A stretch of 58,130 nt of DNA, counting the filler, from Sphacelaria rigidula (Eukaryota), in the NCBI GenBank assembly GCA_964200075.2. It is 8 parts of 8 records of this genome, joined end to end, with 100 filler letters (N's around TTAATTAATTAA, not from the genome) between each part and the next. Parts side by side here need not be neighbours in the genome. Positions count along the whole stretch, not along the records: positions 29,117 to 36,295 come from CAXNAA020016115.1; positions 36,396 to 43,574 come from CAXNAA020016116.1; positions 43,675 to 50,852 come from CAXNAA020016117.1; 5 more parts are not named here. The stretch is one strand, 5' to 3'. Of the stretch, positions 35,101 through 48,579 are shown in pieces (the first letter of the stretch is position 1; the number at the start of each line of letters is the position of its first letter). The notes beneath the pieces were generated by a model that saw only the letters and a list, made by a program, of their open reading frames with translations, was not told the origin of the DNA and did no database searches. The translations under genes and the position numbers were made by a program.

Positions 35101-35982
35101 GTCACTGCTAAATTTATCAGAGTTATATTTCCGGCGAGCCCATTATCTCGTCCAGGAGCAAATGTCCCTGATAACATGAGACATCACGCTACCGTCATCA
35201 TCATTCGAATTGGCATATCATGCAGTACACACATGTATGTGCGATGGATGACCGGGCAGTAGAAAAAAAAAGACAAAAAGACAAACCACACGACTGAGGA
35301 AATAAGGCTAGATCATCAAGCCCCAAAATACGACATGAAATTAAATGAAAATGAGCAAGGGGGGGGGCGAGGAGCACAGAAGAGGGAACACCACCAAATA
35401 GACTATCCCGGGTTGATTGCTTCCGTATTTAACACCCTCATTTCTAGCACAAGGACGAGGTGGGCATGATGGAAGTAACGGGTAGGCATATTCGTCGTAC
35501 GTCTCTATATACGCACCTGGCTGCCACGTGCTCTCGGTTTTTTGTCCCCGCTCTTTTTCCTGGGCCAACTTGGTATCATCACCCTCCGTTGTGAGGCAAT
35601 CGTCATGTGTTGGTGCTGATGGTGGTGATCTCCCAGCCTTCGACATTACCGCCCGCACAGCTTCCTGTCTACGGTCGTCGAAGAACGGACGCTCATCGAA
35701 AGACAAAACGTCAGTGTCCGTTTGGAGAGTTTTGATTAGTATGCCGTCGCGGTCTATAGAGGAAAATATCTCGGTGAACGTATCAAACGAAGCGGAAGGT
35801 TTTTCAGTATCACCTGCAGTCATCTCCGCAATAAACCGGTCCTCTATCATCACAGATGCCTCGGTGGCGAGTGTGCGGGTCCGCCGTCCGAACGTGGTGT
35901 CATTACCCTTTGAAGGGTTATTTATGTGATGAGCCCACTCGCACCAGACCGTGGCGTCGAAGTCGATTATTTCAGCTTTCAC
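32167..35982 (-). pseudogene. Decayed multi-exon gene of unknown family
   Basis: Protein-like pieces with splice signals at ~35518-35982, 34230-34600, 33541-33661, 33148-33282 and 32167-32870, ending ...INLADLHNCEKAKYMYTTGDAFGSLTDLVRQELGTTFPLQIEKLKSVWGEK*; internal stops and frameshifts. Confidence 0.45.
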
Positions 35983-36395
35983 TGCTCATCGAGTTCCTCC
36001 GAAACGACAGACAGCTCCTCCGTCGCCTGGAAGACCATACCGTCAAGTCTTTCCGCGCGCTCGCGGGAAGCCTACGAAAGGAGGACGAAGAATTACTAAC
36101 TTCGATAAACAAGCAGGCAATAAAGAGCACGCTGGGGGCAGCCGAGAGCGACGGGCTCTCAAAAAAACATGGGCTGGTAACGGGACCGACTACCGAAACT
36201 CGAACAAAACAACTCTGGACTCCGGCTACGGTCTTCTCCCGCACATAGTGTTCCGCACATAGTGAACACTATGTGCGGGAGAAGACCGTAGCCGGNNNNN
36301 NNNNNNNNNNNNNNNNNNNNNNNNNNNNNNNNNNNNNNNTTAATTAATTAANNNNNNNNNNNNNNNNNNNNNNNNNNNNNNNNNNNNNNNNNNNN

Positions 36396-36509
36396 ACCTT
36401 CCCCTCGATTCGCGATTAATACGATATGCGGACCACTGCCCAATTCGTTTCCGGTGATGAGATATTGCTCTGCCACGTTAAATCCGTTTCTGGGCTGACC
36501 CAGCTCGTA
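36396..36509. mobile_element. Right end of another copy of the 5492-7170 TIR element
   Basis: CGATTAATACGATATGCGGACCAC...TTAAATCCGTTTCTGGGCTGACCCAGCTCG-TA is colinear with ~6595-6706. Confidence 0.85.
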
Positions 36510-36654
36510 TATCGCTCTGTTCTACTCTTTTGCTGTTTTTTCCTTCTCTTAAGGTTAGTTTTGACTTTAGTTGTGTCTTGGGCACGTCTATCATGCGACC
36601 ACGGCTTAATCCCTGGGGGGTCAGTTAAAATGCGACAATCAAATTAATCAAGCA

Positions 36655-37165
36655 ATCGTTTACCGTACCCGACACTTCCATACCCTCACCGGATAGTTCT
36701 ACGAGTTCTGTAAGCCTCCCATACTGTTTACAGGGGACCGGGTATGCTTTTGATAAGATACCCGGTTGCGGTACGTTTTTTTGTGCAGTCTCCATATCCC
36801 GCCCGACACTTTTTGTGAGTTTTGTACGTCTCCAATACGCTTGCCCGACCATTATGCCAGTTCTATGCACAATGTGTGCTCGTTTCCGGATCGTCGGTTT
36901 ACCCTTGGAGAAATACCCGATTGCCGGTAAGTTTTCCTGTAAGCCTCCCGTACCATACCCGACAAGTTTTCTGATTTCTATAAGACTCTCGAACCGGTAC
37001 CCCACACATGTGTGATTTCCGTAAGACTTTCATATTGGTACCCGAAATTTCTGCAACTTCTGTAAGGAATCCCATGACCTACAGAACATACCCGTACCCT
37101 ACAGAACACGACCCTGGATTTTTCATACGAATTTCGGGTAGGGGGAGATACCATGCATCCGGTGT
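36655..37165. repeat. Dispersed MITE-like repeat (same family as 30995-31445)
   Basis: Repeated TACCCGTACCC and TTCTGTAAG motifs. Confidence 0.7.
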
Positions 37166-40100
37166 ACGTTTCGATATAAAAACCATCACTGCGGGTAATA
37201 TCGCACGGCATGTGGGCCGAATTGACAGGGGCTGCCATCGACCTTATGACGCTCAACAAACGTGTTTTTTTGCGGTAGCGTAATGTAGGGGGAGAAACGA
37301 AAAATATGGGTTGTGGCAGCGTTCCGGATGTTAATGCAAATGGGTTACCGCCCCCCCTCATGAGACACCCAGGGCGCAGTGTGGTGCCCGTCTCAGTATG
37401 TGGGAGTGGCGAGACGAGGAACTGAAGCACCACCCTGCTACGCCTTTCGCCACATGGTTGGTACGCTCCCGGGCTTTCAACGCGTCAAGCGTGGGGCCGG
37501 CTGTTCCCGCCACTCGCCGAATGCTTATTCACTATTCGCGCAGGGTGATTAATCGTGATTGTGGTCCAGCGAAAACCCGGCATGTTCCGCCCCGGCTTGG
37601 CGGCGATGTTAGGTCAATGGTGTCATGCCTACAGCATGAGAGGTCGTGGACATACCCTGTTGAATGCAGAGCCCGCCTGGGCATATTGCGTGTGTGGCCG
37701 CTCGCGTCGTGACCGTCGCCAACGATTTTATTTGATTTTTTCGTCTGTGTAATTGATTTCTTTCCATATTTTCCTCTACACTTTCTCCGAAAAAAAACCC
37801 CAGGTGTTTGTAACTACGTTACAACAATGAACGTGGAGGGAGGAGCGCCTCCCCCCTGTATGTTGACGGTTCTCATTATTCTTTCGTTTTCTGCTTGTGG
37901 TTTTTATTATTAGGTGTTCCGGAGTCTGTGAATACACGACTCGAATTCCACGCCTCGCAAGGGATGCCGAGACATGATATCGACATACCACCATACGTCT
38001 GTGACCTCTGTTTGGAGACAAGTGCCTGATGCGCGGAAGTACTAGTGGTGGTAATAACGAGAACAAAAACGCTACTAGTGCTAGTCCTTCCACGATGAAT
38101 TTAATTTATAGCATTCAAAATAACGAATGCTTCGTCAGCATCCGGTAATCCCACGGTCGACAGGTATTTCAATAATCAGGTGGGGCACAGGACACAGCCC
38201 GTGAATACTTCATACCGGGTGATACGGACACGGCGTCTCGTTCTTCGGGGGATGCCCTGCGCCGTCTAGCTCCCAGCATGTACCTTGATTCCATTCTAGC
38301 TCAGTATACATGTTGCAAAAACCAGAATTCACCGGGTGCTCACCACGTCGCCGCAAGTGGGTGCTCCCATCCGCTCAGAAATCCCCGGGCTCCCGCAAGC
38401 TCTCAGCATCAGTGGCATCACGATTAGACCGCGCCAAGTGGAGCGAACGCCGGACCGCCGCGTCCCTCCTCTCATCCGCCGCCATACAGCCGGGTGCGCA
38501 GGGAGGGGGTGTACCGCTCCTGCTACTGGAGCTGGCGGCCCCTCTTTGCCGACGCGCACTGGTCCCCCGCTTCAATCGTTCCCATCTACGTTCAATGGAA
38601 TACACGGCGATAGTAGAAGCAGAATGGGTAACATGCGGCTCGAGGGGGGGATCATGATCGTCGCATCGACGGTATGTCAAACATGCGGGCAGGAGTCGCA
38701 CCCTGTCAATCGTGGGTCACAGCAATTTATCATCATGGGTCGCAGCAGCTATAACTGTGGCATATTCGGTACCAGACAGTCCCTACAGTAGGCCCTACGA
38801 AAGATACCCGAGTTCACTTTTTCGTACTGCACCAAGCTTGTTGTGCGTGGTACAGATCGTGAACGGAACCTAGCGCACGGGCCACGTTTACTGCCGCGCG
38901 AATAACTTGAAAGCACGTGACTGCCATGTGCTGCATGCTGCACTCATGATATGTTTTGAATGAATTTGGTAGACTTCCTTCATCGACAGGTAGCTAACGC
39001 CAGCTAACACACGCCACACAATGACGGATAAGGACACGCGACATTTCGGCGCAATGAACATGTTTTTTTTGTTGGATTACCATCATTCCACCACAACAAA
39101 ATTCATTTCGGACTTCACTTATTCGCCTCAACTCCCCTTCGTTGATTTCCCCCACAGGACCCCCAAAAGATAAGTCATCGGAATTCTGATTGGTTGGGAG
39201 CATGGTGGTTCGCAATTGCAAGCAGTTGATTGAGGAATACAGCTGTACGTACACTAATAGGAGCGGATGCGAATGTTTCATGCTGCGGGGTGCCATGCAC
39301 AATGCAAATCTCCATCGTAAAATTCAATGATGGATTCAATCAAACTCAAGTTGGATTCACACCCGAGTTGTTCCTTGCCATCGCACCTGTTGAAGTAGCA
39401 ATAGTGGAATAGATGAAGGAAGGAGACTGGCGTATTTTGGTAATTATAATCTCGTATTTATCCGGCCTGCCTTGTCACAGCGGCATACCCGCGCTATCAT
39501 GGCTGCTGAACCGAAATCGGTCGGCGGCAGCATCCCGACCCGGATTTGTGTTTTGACATTTTCTTCATACACACGACTGATTGCGCCCGCTGTTATGAGC
39601 TGGAATGCGTGCATGTTGGGAAGGAAAAAGCTCCGTCGCAGGACAGAAGGGTTGATGTCTATATGTCGAGACTATCCCGCCCGTAAACCTGGGGGAGGGG
39701 GGGCTAGCCACCGTCGGATATTGAAAAATGTCCAATTTTCAGCTGCAGAGGTCACGCAGAGTGACACGAGCGCTGGTGCATCGCCCAGAGAAACGTTATC
39801 ACCCCGCACACCGATATGACTGTAAACGTTTACCTAATAATGTGTATTCGTGTGCAACTCGCTCATGCCGCAATCATCGCCGTGCGACGGCGGGGAAGCA
39901 TCCTCTTCTAATTGAAAAGTATGCGGCAACATCTGGTGGGCACTGCTACAAATGGGACGCCGCACGGCGCATACCATTCGCACGTGATACGTGCAGCAGA
40001 AAATGAGGGCTAGTGTCACTAGAGCACGGGCCGTGCTACAGGTTGTGGCGCAGGGTTCGCGTTACCTAACTCCAAGTCATGTGAGGGTGTTACCGTCAAG

Positions 40101-41899
40101 CCATACTTATCCACGAACAATTCGTCACTGCAGACTGTACTGTACTCACTATAGTAGTGTCAGAGAGCAGCCGTGCGCAACAGGAGGGCGCCATGTTCAC
40201 TTTTCGTCGTCTTCACGTGGCAGCGAATACGCACAGGAAATTACAAGTGAATCGTGGACATACATGACTGTAGCATGATGACGTGTGCCCTTGCATGGCA
40301 CAGCGCGCCGCACCGCAGCGAACACGCTGCACCCTCTGTGTATGTGCCTACTCCTGGCCACTCTCACGGCCTACCTTAGACGGTACGCAGCACGTACACG
40401 CGGACCACAGGCGATCGATTCACGGACTTGAAGAGCCTATCCTGTCACCTACATGTATCGGAGAGTCAATAATTCCCAACTACGCAGCGACATACCTTCT
40501 TGCCCATCTGACCGAGATATGCGTGGCACAACCTCTGTAGCGCCAGTTATCCGTGCTGATGTGAAGCCCTCTCTCCCAAGGACGCCTGCTCCCTTCTCGT
40601 TTCACCATAATTTAGGCCTTGGAGCATGACCGTCTCCGATCGTTTTGCCGTGGATGATGAATTATAATCCAGAAACATGCCTCGATAGTATTGTACAACT
40701 CCCAGCTCCCGAAGACAGCTAATTTACGAACTGTAGGCAGTCACCTCAATTTGAAACCAAGCTTTTTCTCGGAATACATACAGTCCGAGAGGGAAGTAGT
40801 TGGAAACAACGTCGAGGTGGAGCCCCTCGGCTGCCATTCCCCGTGTGCGTGGTACTCGAGGGATCGGCGGGTAGAAGACGCTCACAGGCAGACCGCACGG
40901 GCTATTACGGATTTATCGAAATGTCTATTCTGATGAGTGTATGGTACACGACTGTAATAATGCCCTGTCGGTACTGTTTGAAAATAGCTCGGTGTGCAAT
41001 TGTCACTCCTATTGACCTTGCCCCGTGACATATGACTAGAAGCGCTGCTTATACGTCGATGACCATCAGTCCATCAACAAGCTTGTCTTGTTTCAAGTAC
41101 TTCCAGAAAAACTGTTGTGATTGTGATGGTAATAGTAGCACCAGTAGGTGAAAGCAAGCTGCCGGTATCGAGGCACCCCAGGTAGACCCCGGCGTACTCT
41201 GGTTGTGAAACCCGTACCCGGCGGCAAAAATCCTGGCCAAACGCGCCAGCCGTCAGAAACGATGTAGTGACCAAGGGTGTATTGAGTAGGCTGGGTACTG
41301 TTGAGTACCCGGGTATAGTACCCGGGTATTTATTCTACCCAATCTCCAAGTAGACTGGGTACGACTTCAAATACTCCACACAGAAAGTGGGCAGACAGTG
41401 TTGTTCCTTTTCAATATTACAGGGGCATTTTATTGGGATCATAAATCATCATCCGCGGCGTCCATTGGAGACGGTCATGCTCCAAGGCCTAAAAATGCCC
41501 GGACTGGAGGGGCAGACCCCCTTGGAAGAGACGGGTCCACATCAGCACCGCAAGGTGCCGCTACGGACCACAGGCTGAGGCAGCCGGTTGTAATAGGATA
41601 CAAACCACTGCGGAGGGAGGAAGCACATAATACACGAAACACATCGCAACCCGGTAATACACGACGGAGTTGATACGGGGTGCTCCTAGCAGACATGACA
41701 AGTACTGTAGTGCTACTGCCTGTACGATGCGAACCACTCCTGGGCAGGGCTGGAATACCCGCGACCCATCCAACCTGCTCTGTCCTATTCTGGAATCAAG
41801 TGAAATGTTGAGGTCGATGACACGACTGTGGGAGGAAGGTCAAGATATTAACGTGTGAGCGCCTGCAACACGAATTTCCGATTGATTCTGCTAGAATAC

Positions 41900-42470
41900 T
41901 ACAGCAACCGCCCTTGTCCTCGTGAGACCGTCGTGGTACTGGGCCCGCCAAGTCTGGCGCTATCTGGGCGGAGACGTCGCCCCCTCCCCGAACACCGCCA
42001 CAGCGGTCCTTGGCACAAGACACTGTTCTGCTCTGCTCGGCTGTACGGCCGTGTCTCGCTCGACACGGCCTACAAAGTCAAGGGCACCTCCCTCTGAGAT
42101 ATGCACAACCTTAGCTGGTAGTTACTTCCCTCGCTTGGTGCCAGCCTCGACCGACAGGCGGCCGTCGTAAACATGGCTGGCAAGATCTGCCGCTGCCTCC
42201 GCCCGGATTTCATATCGTTTCCCTTTGGAAGTGTCATTGGAAAGTGATCTAATATTCGGACTCACCGCAGCATCGTGCACAATCATCCTTTCAAGCGACG
42301 CAGCGCACACAACGCCTTCGGTCGCCGAAACTGCCACGTCAACACCTACCTGCGGCTTCAAGCCGCACATCCTTCAAGTTTCAGTACCATCAGACGCCAG
42401 GTGTGCTGTGTTCGGGCGCCTAATCTCCCAAAATACCGCCTCCAATTTTTTGAAGAGGAACAACACTGTA
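41900..42470 (+). pseudogene. Decayed ORF of an unknown family, copy 1
   Basis: Homologous to the reverse complement of 57130-57720; shared peptides GDVAP, AG(K/M)ICRCxR, IILSxxAAH, PSVA, STPTC, RCAVxGRL, QNTAS. Confidence 0.55.
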
Positions 42471-44087
42471 AAGTTGGGTATGATATCAATACTTTACCCG
42501 AATATTGGGTAGAGTTTCAGAGCGTGGTATCACCTAAAAAACGAGGGGGGTATACCGTATGATATCTATGTATACCCCTCCAGAGAACATGACTAGGACA
42601 TCAAAAGCTGTACAGAATATTTGTAGTCAAGTTCATATGCCCCACATTTCCCCATATATCGCGCTGGATGTGATATAATCAGGGTACGCAATACAGCATA
42701 TCATGTTGTCATATATCACTCACATGTCGCGATGAATTGTCTGATACCTGATCTATATCGTACATAATGTGATACATCATAGATAGTGTAATATATTACC
42801 GTAAATATGTGTATCACCGTGTCACATCAGTACTGGCCATCGGTTGGGACCTGTGCAATACTGACATTTGTGCTGATCGCTCCAGCAAAAGTACCTGCTC
42901 CGTCAGGGTGTATTCATGTGTGATGAGGTACAGACAGCAGCAGCGGTGCAATTAGGCACCATGAGACCGTCTATGTATGTCGTACTCCCTGTCGGTACAC
43001 GGAGAACCAGGTACCGTTTTATTTGAGTCCACCTGCGTGGGATTCGTTTTCAAATAAACAGGCTGTCACCATTGAAACCCAGCTAGATTCTGGGAGTAAG
43101 ACTCAATATCGAGAAATATTGGTGTTAGATTGAGAGGTTATGTATGGTTAATCGACCCTGATGACGTAAAATTGATTAACCCTTCGAGAGCGAGAGTAGG
43201 TCATCTGTTGAATCGGCATCAAGTTCACTTGAATTTTTCTTTGCATGATCCAGATGAACTACCCTCGCGGTCTGAAGGTTAGGGGTGAAGAAGGAAAATC
43301 GGAGAAAATTCAGGTGCGTCTATTTGGATGACCAATTTGATCCGCGCGAATGCACTTCAAGTCATGTGTGGAGATGGCAAGGAGAGGGGACACGTTATAA
43401 TCGTGTAGTTACAGAGAGTAAGATACAGGACATGAACACCACCGTGAACGACACGAGGAAGTTACCACAAGAGTCCTGCTCGCTCTAAGCTATGAGTCGA
43501 ATTGAACACCAGTAAAAAAAACCAAACTGTGTACAGTAGGGAGATTACCCCCCCCCCCCCCCGCCACCCCCCCANNNNNNNNNNNNNNNNNNNNNNNNNN
43601 NNNNNNNNNNNNNNNNNNTTAATTAATTAANNNNNNNNNNNNNNNNNNNNNNNNNNNNNNNNNNNNNNNNNNNNACACATCTGCAACTCGTGACGAACAC
43701 ATCTTTCAAGCATTCGAGTGGTCCTACTCGTCCCGCATGGACCCGACGGTCGAGAACATATGTACTACAGATATGAAGCGCGCATTACCTATGGGAGAAA
43801 ATACGCGTGATACAGGCCCCATGAACATGAACTGGCAGAATTCACCTCTTTGCCGAGTGTTGGGTCCCAGAATCACCCGAGGGTGGGTAACATACGACAT
43901 ATCGTGCAGTGCAGGCATCTTGTGCGCATTACAGATTGGAGAAAAGTGTGTGTAGTTCAAGTCCCATGACTGCAGATTAATTAACCTGTGTGACTTACTT
44001 AGGTTCCGCCTTGATCTGAAGGTTGGGCACATGTACGGGCGCTCACGTGGAACTTGTCACACATGGCCTGCATGTACAAGCCATTCA

Positions 44088-44259
44088 CGCCTTGAGTCAT
44101 GAAGAATGGTTGACTGTGTGAGTTACGTCACGTCTTGAGTAACAAAGAATGGTTGACTGTGTGAAATACAATACGCCTTGAGTCATGAAGAATGGTTGAC
44201 TGTGTGAAATACAACATCCCTTGAGTCATGAACAAGGGTTGACTGCTTGAATTACAACA
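44088..44259. repeat. Minisatellite 4 x 43 bp
   Basis: Consensus CGCCTTGAGTCATGAAGAATGGTTGACTGTGTGAAATACAATA, decaying further to ~44325. Confidence 0.92.
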
Positions 44260-44335
44260 GATCTACGAACCATATGATTTAGTCATTGAGATGATGACTT
44301 TGAGTTGACTCACGAGTTGATTTGTCCTAACCGTG

Positions 44336-47300
44336 AAACTCTTTGAGGTGACAGCAGTTTCTGATCTCATGCCGAAACATATTTCGATATGTCTGTGTGA
44401 CACGTTCTTGAAGCATGCTTATGATGTTGACAACGAGCAGTTGCTTTTCGCGTTGCGGAAGTATGCGTCGTCCGGTGGGACGCATCGCACTCTGACGCGC
44501 GCACTGGTCACACAGCACGTGTCTGTCAGAGGGGACAGGCATGAGAGCGCTCTCGCATGCACTGTGAAGGGCGAGAAGCCTGTGTCTGTCAGAGGGGACA
44601 GGCAAAACCGTGCGCTTGCCGGACTAGCAGTAGATGGTGCGCGTCAACAACGGTACAGGGCAGATGCTTGCACGGTGAAGGGCGAGAAGCATGTGTCTGC
44701 CCGAGGGGACAGGCACGACCGTGCGTTTGCCGAACGTGCAGTAGGTGCTGCGCGTCTGAAACAACGATACAGGGCAGATGCTTGCGCGGTGAGAGCATGT
44801 GTCTGCCCGTGGGGACAGGCACAATAGTGCACTTGCTGAGCGTATAGTAGTAGAAATCGCTCGCCCGCGACTGAGGCAACAACGCGGTGCCACTTTGAGG
44901 GGCGCGAGGGTGACGTCGCATGTGTCTGTCCGAAGAGACGCACTGGGCAGCAAGAACAGCGAGAGTACAGTAGTCGGTGCTGAATTAGCAGCCGCTGGTA
45001 GTGCTGTTGGAAGAGGCGAACAAGTCACACAGCCATCGTTAGTCCGAGGGGACAGGCACGAGAGCGCTAGAGGCATTGCCGCTATTGCCGTCAAGGAGCA
45101 AGCCGGACAGGGGGTGGTGGCTGTAGCGAATAGGGGTGATACTGCTGCTGCTGTTGGCGATGTTCAGAGGGCGAGGCCTACATGGGCCAATGAGCAAGTA
45201 CTGGTGGGCGCGGAGGTCCCAGTTGTTTGTTGCCGCCGGACCAGCGCGTAGCTGGAGATACTCCTTGCATGCTCGAAGCTGCAGGGGGGGGTGTTATTCG
45301 CGTATTGCAAACGAGCAGAGTGAGTAAGGAGCTTGCCGTGCTCATGGTGAATCTATCTGCGCCAGTGACATGGCGGGAGATCGTTCAGATGATTCGCAGG
45401 GGTGTCTGCTTGAAGGAGAGGTGGATGCCGGGTTGGCGGAATTGCCGCCGGAGAAGGGCGTAGCTGTGGACACGCCTTGCATGATCGAAACATCAGGAGC
45501 GTGTGACCCGCGTGAAGTGGGTACGCAGAGCGAGCTGCAAGCTCGTGATGCTGTCAGCGATCACAATTTTGACGGCGAAGACGAGCGTCGCGTGGTCTTG
45601 GGGTGGTCGTGTGTACTGCGGTTTACATGCACAGCTTTGGTGTAGATGGCGGCGATGGCGGAGGTGTCTCCACTGTCGCGCCGGGATGTTTGAGGAGGAT
45701 AGTGTGCCATCAGGAGGTGTGGCTGTGCGGGACTGTGTAGCTGTTCCCATTTCGCCTCTCGTTTCCTCTGTAAAACTGGCTAAAGCACAGATGTTCAGTA
45801 CTGCCCAAGTATCTGTGGAGGCAGATGGCTTGTCGCATTGGTTCGGCGGTGCGGATATACCGTTTAGTCGCGAGCTGAGCGGCTCCACGAGGGTGCGAGC
45901 TGTAGCTGGACTCATGGCGCGAGGAGCGAGCGTTCGAGTGAAAACACTGCTCTATAATGTGTACGGGGTTGTGGTTCGAGTGTTGCTGTTTCTCAGCAGA
46001 GGGCTGGAGGACTACAAAGAAGGTATTACCTGAGGTGTTTGCTGTTGTGGTGAGCGCCGAGTTGGGTGCTGATGTTGAGGAGCAAGTGCTGAGGTGATTG
46101 AGTACTTGTTGAGAATGAGGAAGCACATCATGACTGGTATTCGCGAATCGTCTTGAGCATGATTGCAGCTTGTTATTGTGTGGTTTGAGGTCATTTTTGC
46201 GCATGGAACATGGTTGTTGAGCGAGCATGATCGTATCGCGTGTGCAGGATGAAATTCTGGCGCACATGCTGATCTGGTTGGCACGGACGATGCATGGTGT
46301 TTGCTGCGAGGAAGGTCACATTGCATGTGCTGGGTGAAATGCTGGCATGCATGTGCGGATTTTGATACGCTGAGTGGAATTTTGGCAGGCATGTGCGAAA
46401 TTTTGCTCAAATGGTACTGATATAAATGATATATCGTGACGACCTAGGGTGGGGCAGTTTTCAATATACTGCCGTATGCTAAATGAAGAGAAGCTCGTAT
46501 AACCTTGTTCGCGCAGGAACATAGTGGAATCATATTTGTGTGGTTTGCACGTACTGACTGCAGGGTATATGGGTTGCTGATGTTGGCGTGAAAATGAGCA
46601 AAAAACTACGAAATACTAAGGCTCGTACTGTCTGTAGGAGACGGTGACACCTGCTGTTAGTATGAAAATGAGCTGAAAGAAACGAAATGCGTAGGCTCGT
46701 CGTATATGAGCAGGTATGACGCAAGTGCTTCCGGTGGTTGAAGATAAAGACACTATGCGCGCATGCATCAATGATCTTCGACGGTGGCACGTTTTTGTGT
46801 GGATTGTCCCGTGTTCGAACGAGCACGTGGTTGGTTTTTCGTTCGTGTCACAAGGAGCATGTGAATGATGCGTACATTCATTCGAAGAAATGGTGCAGGT
46901 GAATGGTCTAGACTCTGGGCAAGATTGTTTCCTTGGTTCGGTGAAGATAATGCATAGCAGGCATTTATAGTCTGGTTGATGGATAACGGGTCTGAGAGTA
47001 TGATCGGTGGGCTCCGTGATGTATGATGTTTGCATACGAGTACGTCGGTCACTTCTGGTTAACGAAAGACTACTGTCTGTATGACTGCTTGAGTTTTGAA
47101 GTCTCTGGAGCCCGTGACAGGGAGGAAGCCTCTGGAGCAGCACTGTATGTAACCTTGTGCTGATTCCAGGCAGGTTAAAAAAAAGGTTTATTCAGGAAAC
47201 TTGTCGTTTATGGAAAGGGTTTTGAAGCCGCACCTCACAGTCTGTAGAACGGGCGATGCTCACATTGAAAAACAGGGGGGGAAGAAGCGGTGGAAAAAGA

Positions 47301-48338
47301 GGCGCTGGTCATATAACCCAAGGCACCTGAAGGGAAGATGGCAGGAATAGAGCTGAGCAGGATCTGAGGCAGTGCTAGGGTATGCTTCGTTATCGGCTGA
47401 TACAGCTGGGTTGTCCGGAGAGGCTGCCAGAAAAAACCCGGCGCAATTACTACTTGAGACGGGCGACTTACGAAAGGGCTGGCTAAAGGTTAGCCAGCTG
47501 CGTGCAAGAAGAGGAGTCTAAGGACTTCAAACACGTGGGGAGACCTACGTGAGGAAGAGGCGCTGTGCTGTGGCCATTGTCGTTGTAAGCTGACCAAGCG
47601 CGTCTTCGTGTATATGGAAACTTGTTGTTTCTGTAATTGAGAAACAACACTGTTTTTTCTGGAACCGCTGTTGAGCTCTTGAGGTGCTGCTTTGTGATTG
47701 TCCACTATGTACACACATGTCGTGGTGGCTCGGCGCTTGATGAGCAGCGTGAAGGTAGCGGCAAAACCTGTTCGACTGTTTAAAATGATGAGTCACAGCA
47801 ATATGCTATCGTCGATGATCGTGTTGTTCCTATACGGGCGCTGGAGGTGCCGTACCACGGCCGAAGTTTTTCGAGCGAGAAATCAGCCGAGTTTTCACGG
47901 AAGTACGAGAAATATGTGGGAGACGTAGATCAGGTGAACGCGCGGTGGACAAAACTCTTCGAGGTGGCACCAGTGTCTGAGCTCATGCCGAAACATATTT
48001 CGATATGTCTGTGTGACACGTTCTTGAAGCATGCTTATGATGTTGACAACGAGCAATTGCTTTTCGCGTTGCGGAAGTATGCGTCGTCCGGTGGGACGCA
48101 TCGCACTCTGACGCGCGCACTGGTCACACAGCACGTGTCTGTCAGAGGGGACAGGCATGAGAGCGCTCTCGCATGCACTGTGAAGGGCGAGAAGCCTGTG
48201 TCTGTCAGAGGGGACAGGCACGACCGTGCGCTTGCCGGACGTGCAGTAGGTGGTGCGCGTCTGAAACAACGGTACAGGGCAGATGCTTGCAATGTGAGAG
48301 CCGAGAATGAGGTAGTGATGGCAGTGTTGCCTGAGTGA
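44336..48338 (+). mobile_element. Probable non-autonomous retroelement with two copies of a gag-like ORF and VSVRGDRH repeats
   Basis: 44336-44790 is directly repeated at 47951-48290 with a nearly identical core; ORF 47847-48338 starts with a helical FSRKYEKYVGDV segment; no pol motifs. The retroelement call is inference. Confidence 0.45.
47148..47494 (+). repeat. Candidate LTR between the two gag-like copies
   Basis: Starts TGTAACCTT and ends AAGGTTAGC (7-bp inverted match); TATA-like TATAA near 47312; purine tract AGGGAGGAAG ~20 nt upstream; no canonical PBS. Confidence 0.3.
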
Positions 48339-48579
48339 AGCTATTGAACGCGATATCAACCAGCAGATGGGAGTTAACAAACTGCTTGTAGAAGAGATCC
48401 ACAGGGCTATCGATATGTTGACGGCTACAATTAGTGCCGAGTACATACAGCATAATATATATATATAATTTGAGGAACGCGAACCACTTGCTCGAGTATC
48501 TCATGCATGGCCACGTATGCAACGGTGAAAGAATGTCATTTTACTCTATGCTTCGCAAATTCACGAAACTGCTTGTGTG

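Noticed and set aside
36222..36295. Perfect 32-bp inverted repeat resembling a hairpin telomere or terminator
   Set aside because: It ends exactly at the contig edge and its loop re-copies arm sequence, typical of a fold-back read artefact.
37340..41280. Many short ORFs in contig 6
   Set aside because: No recognisable motifs or consistent splice phase; expected by chance at this GC content.
44088..44259. CRISPR-like array
   Set aside because: Head-to-tail 43-bp units without spacers.
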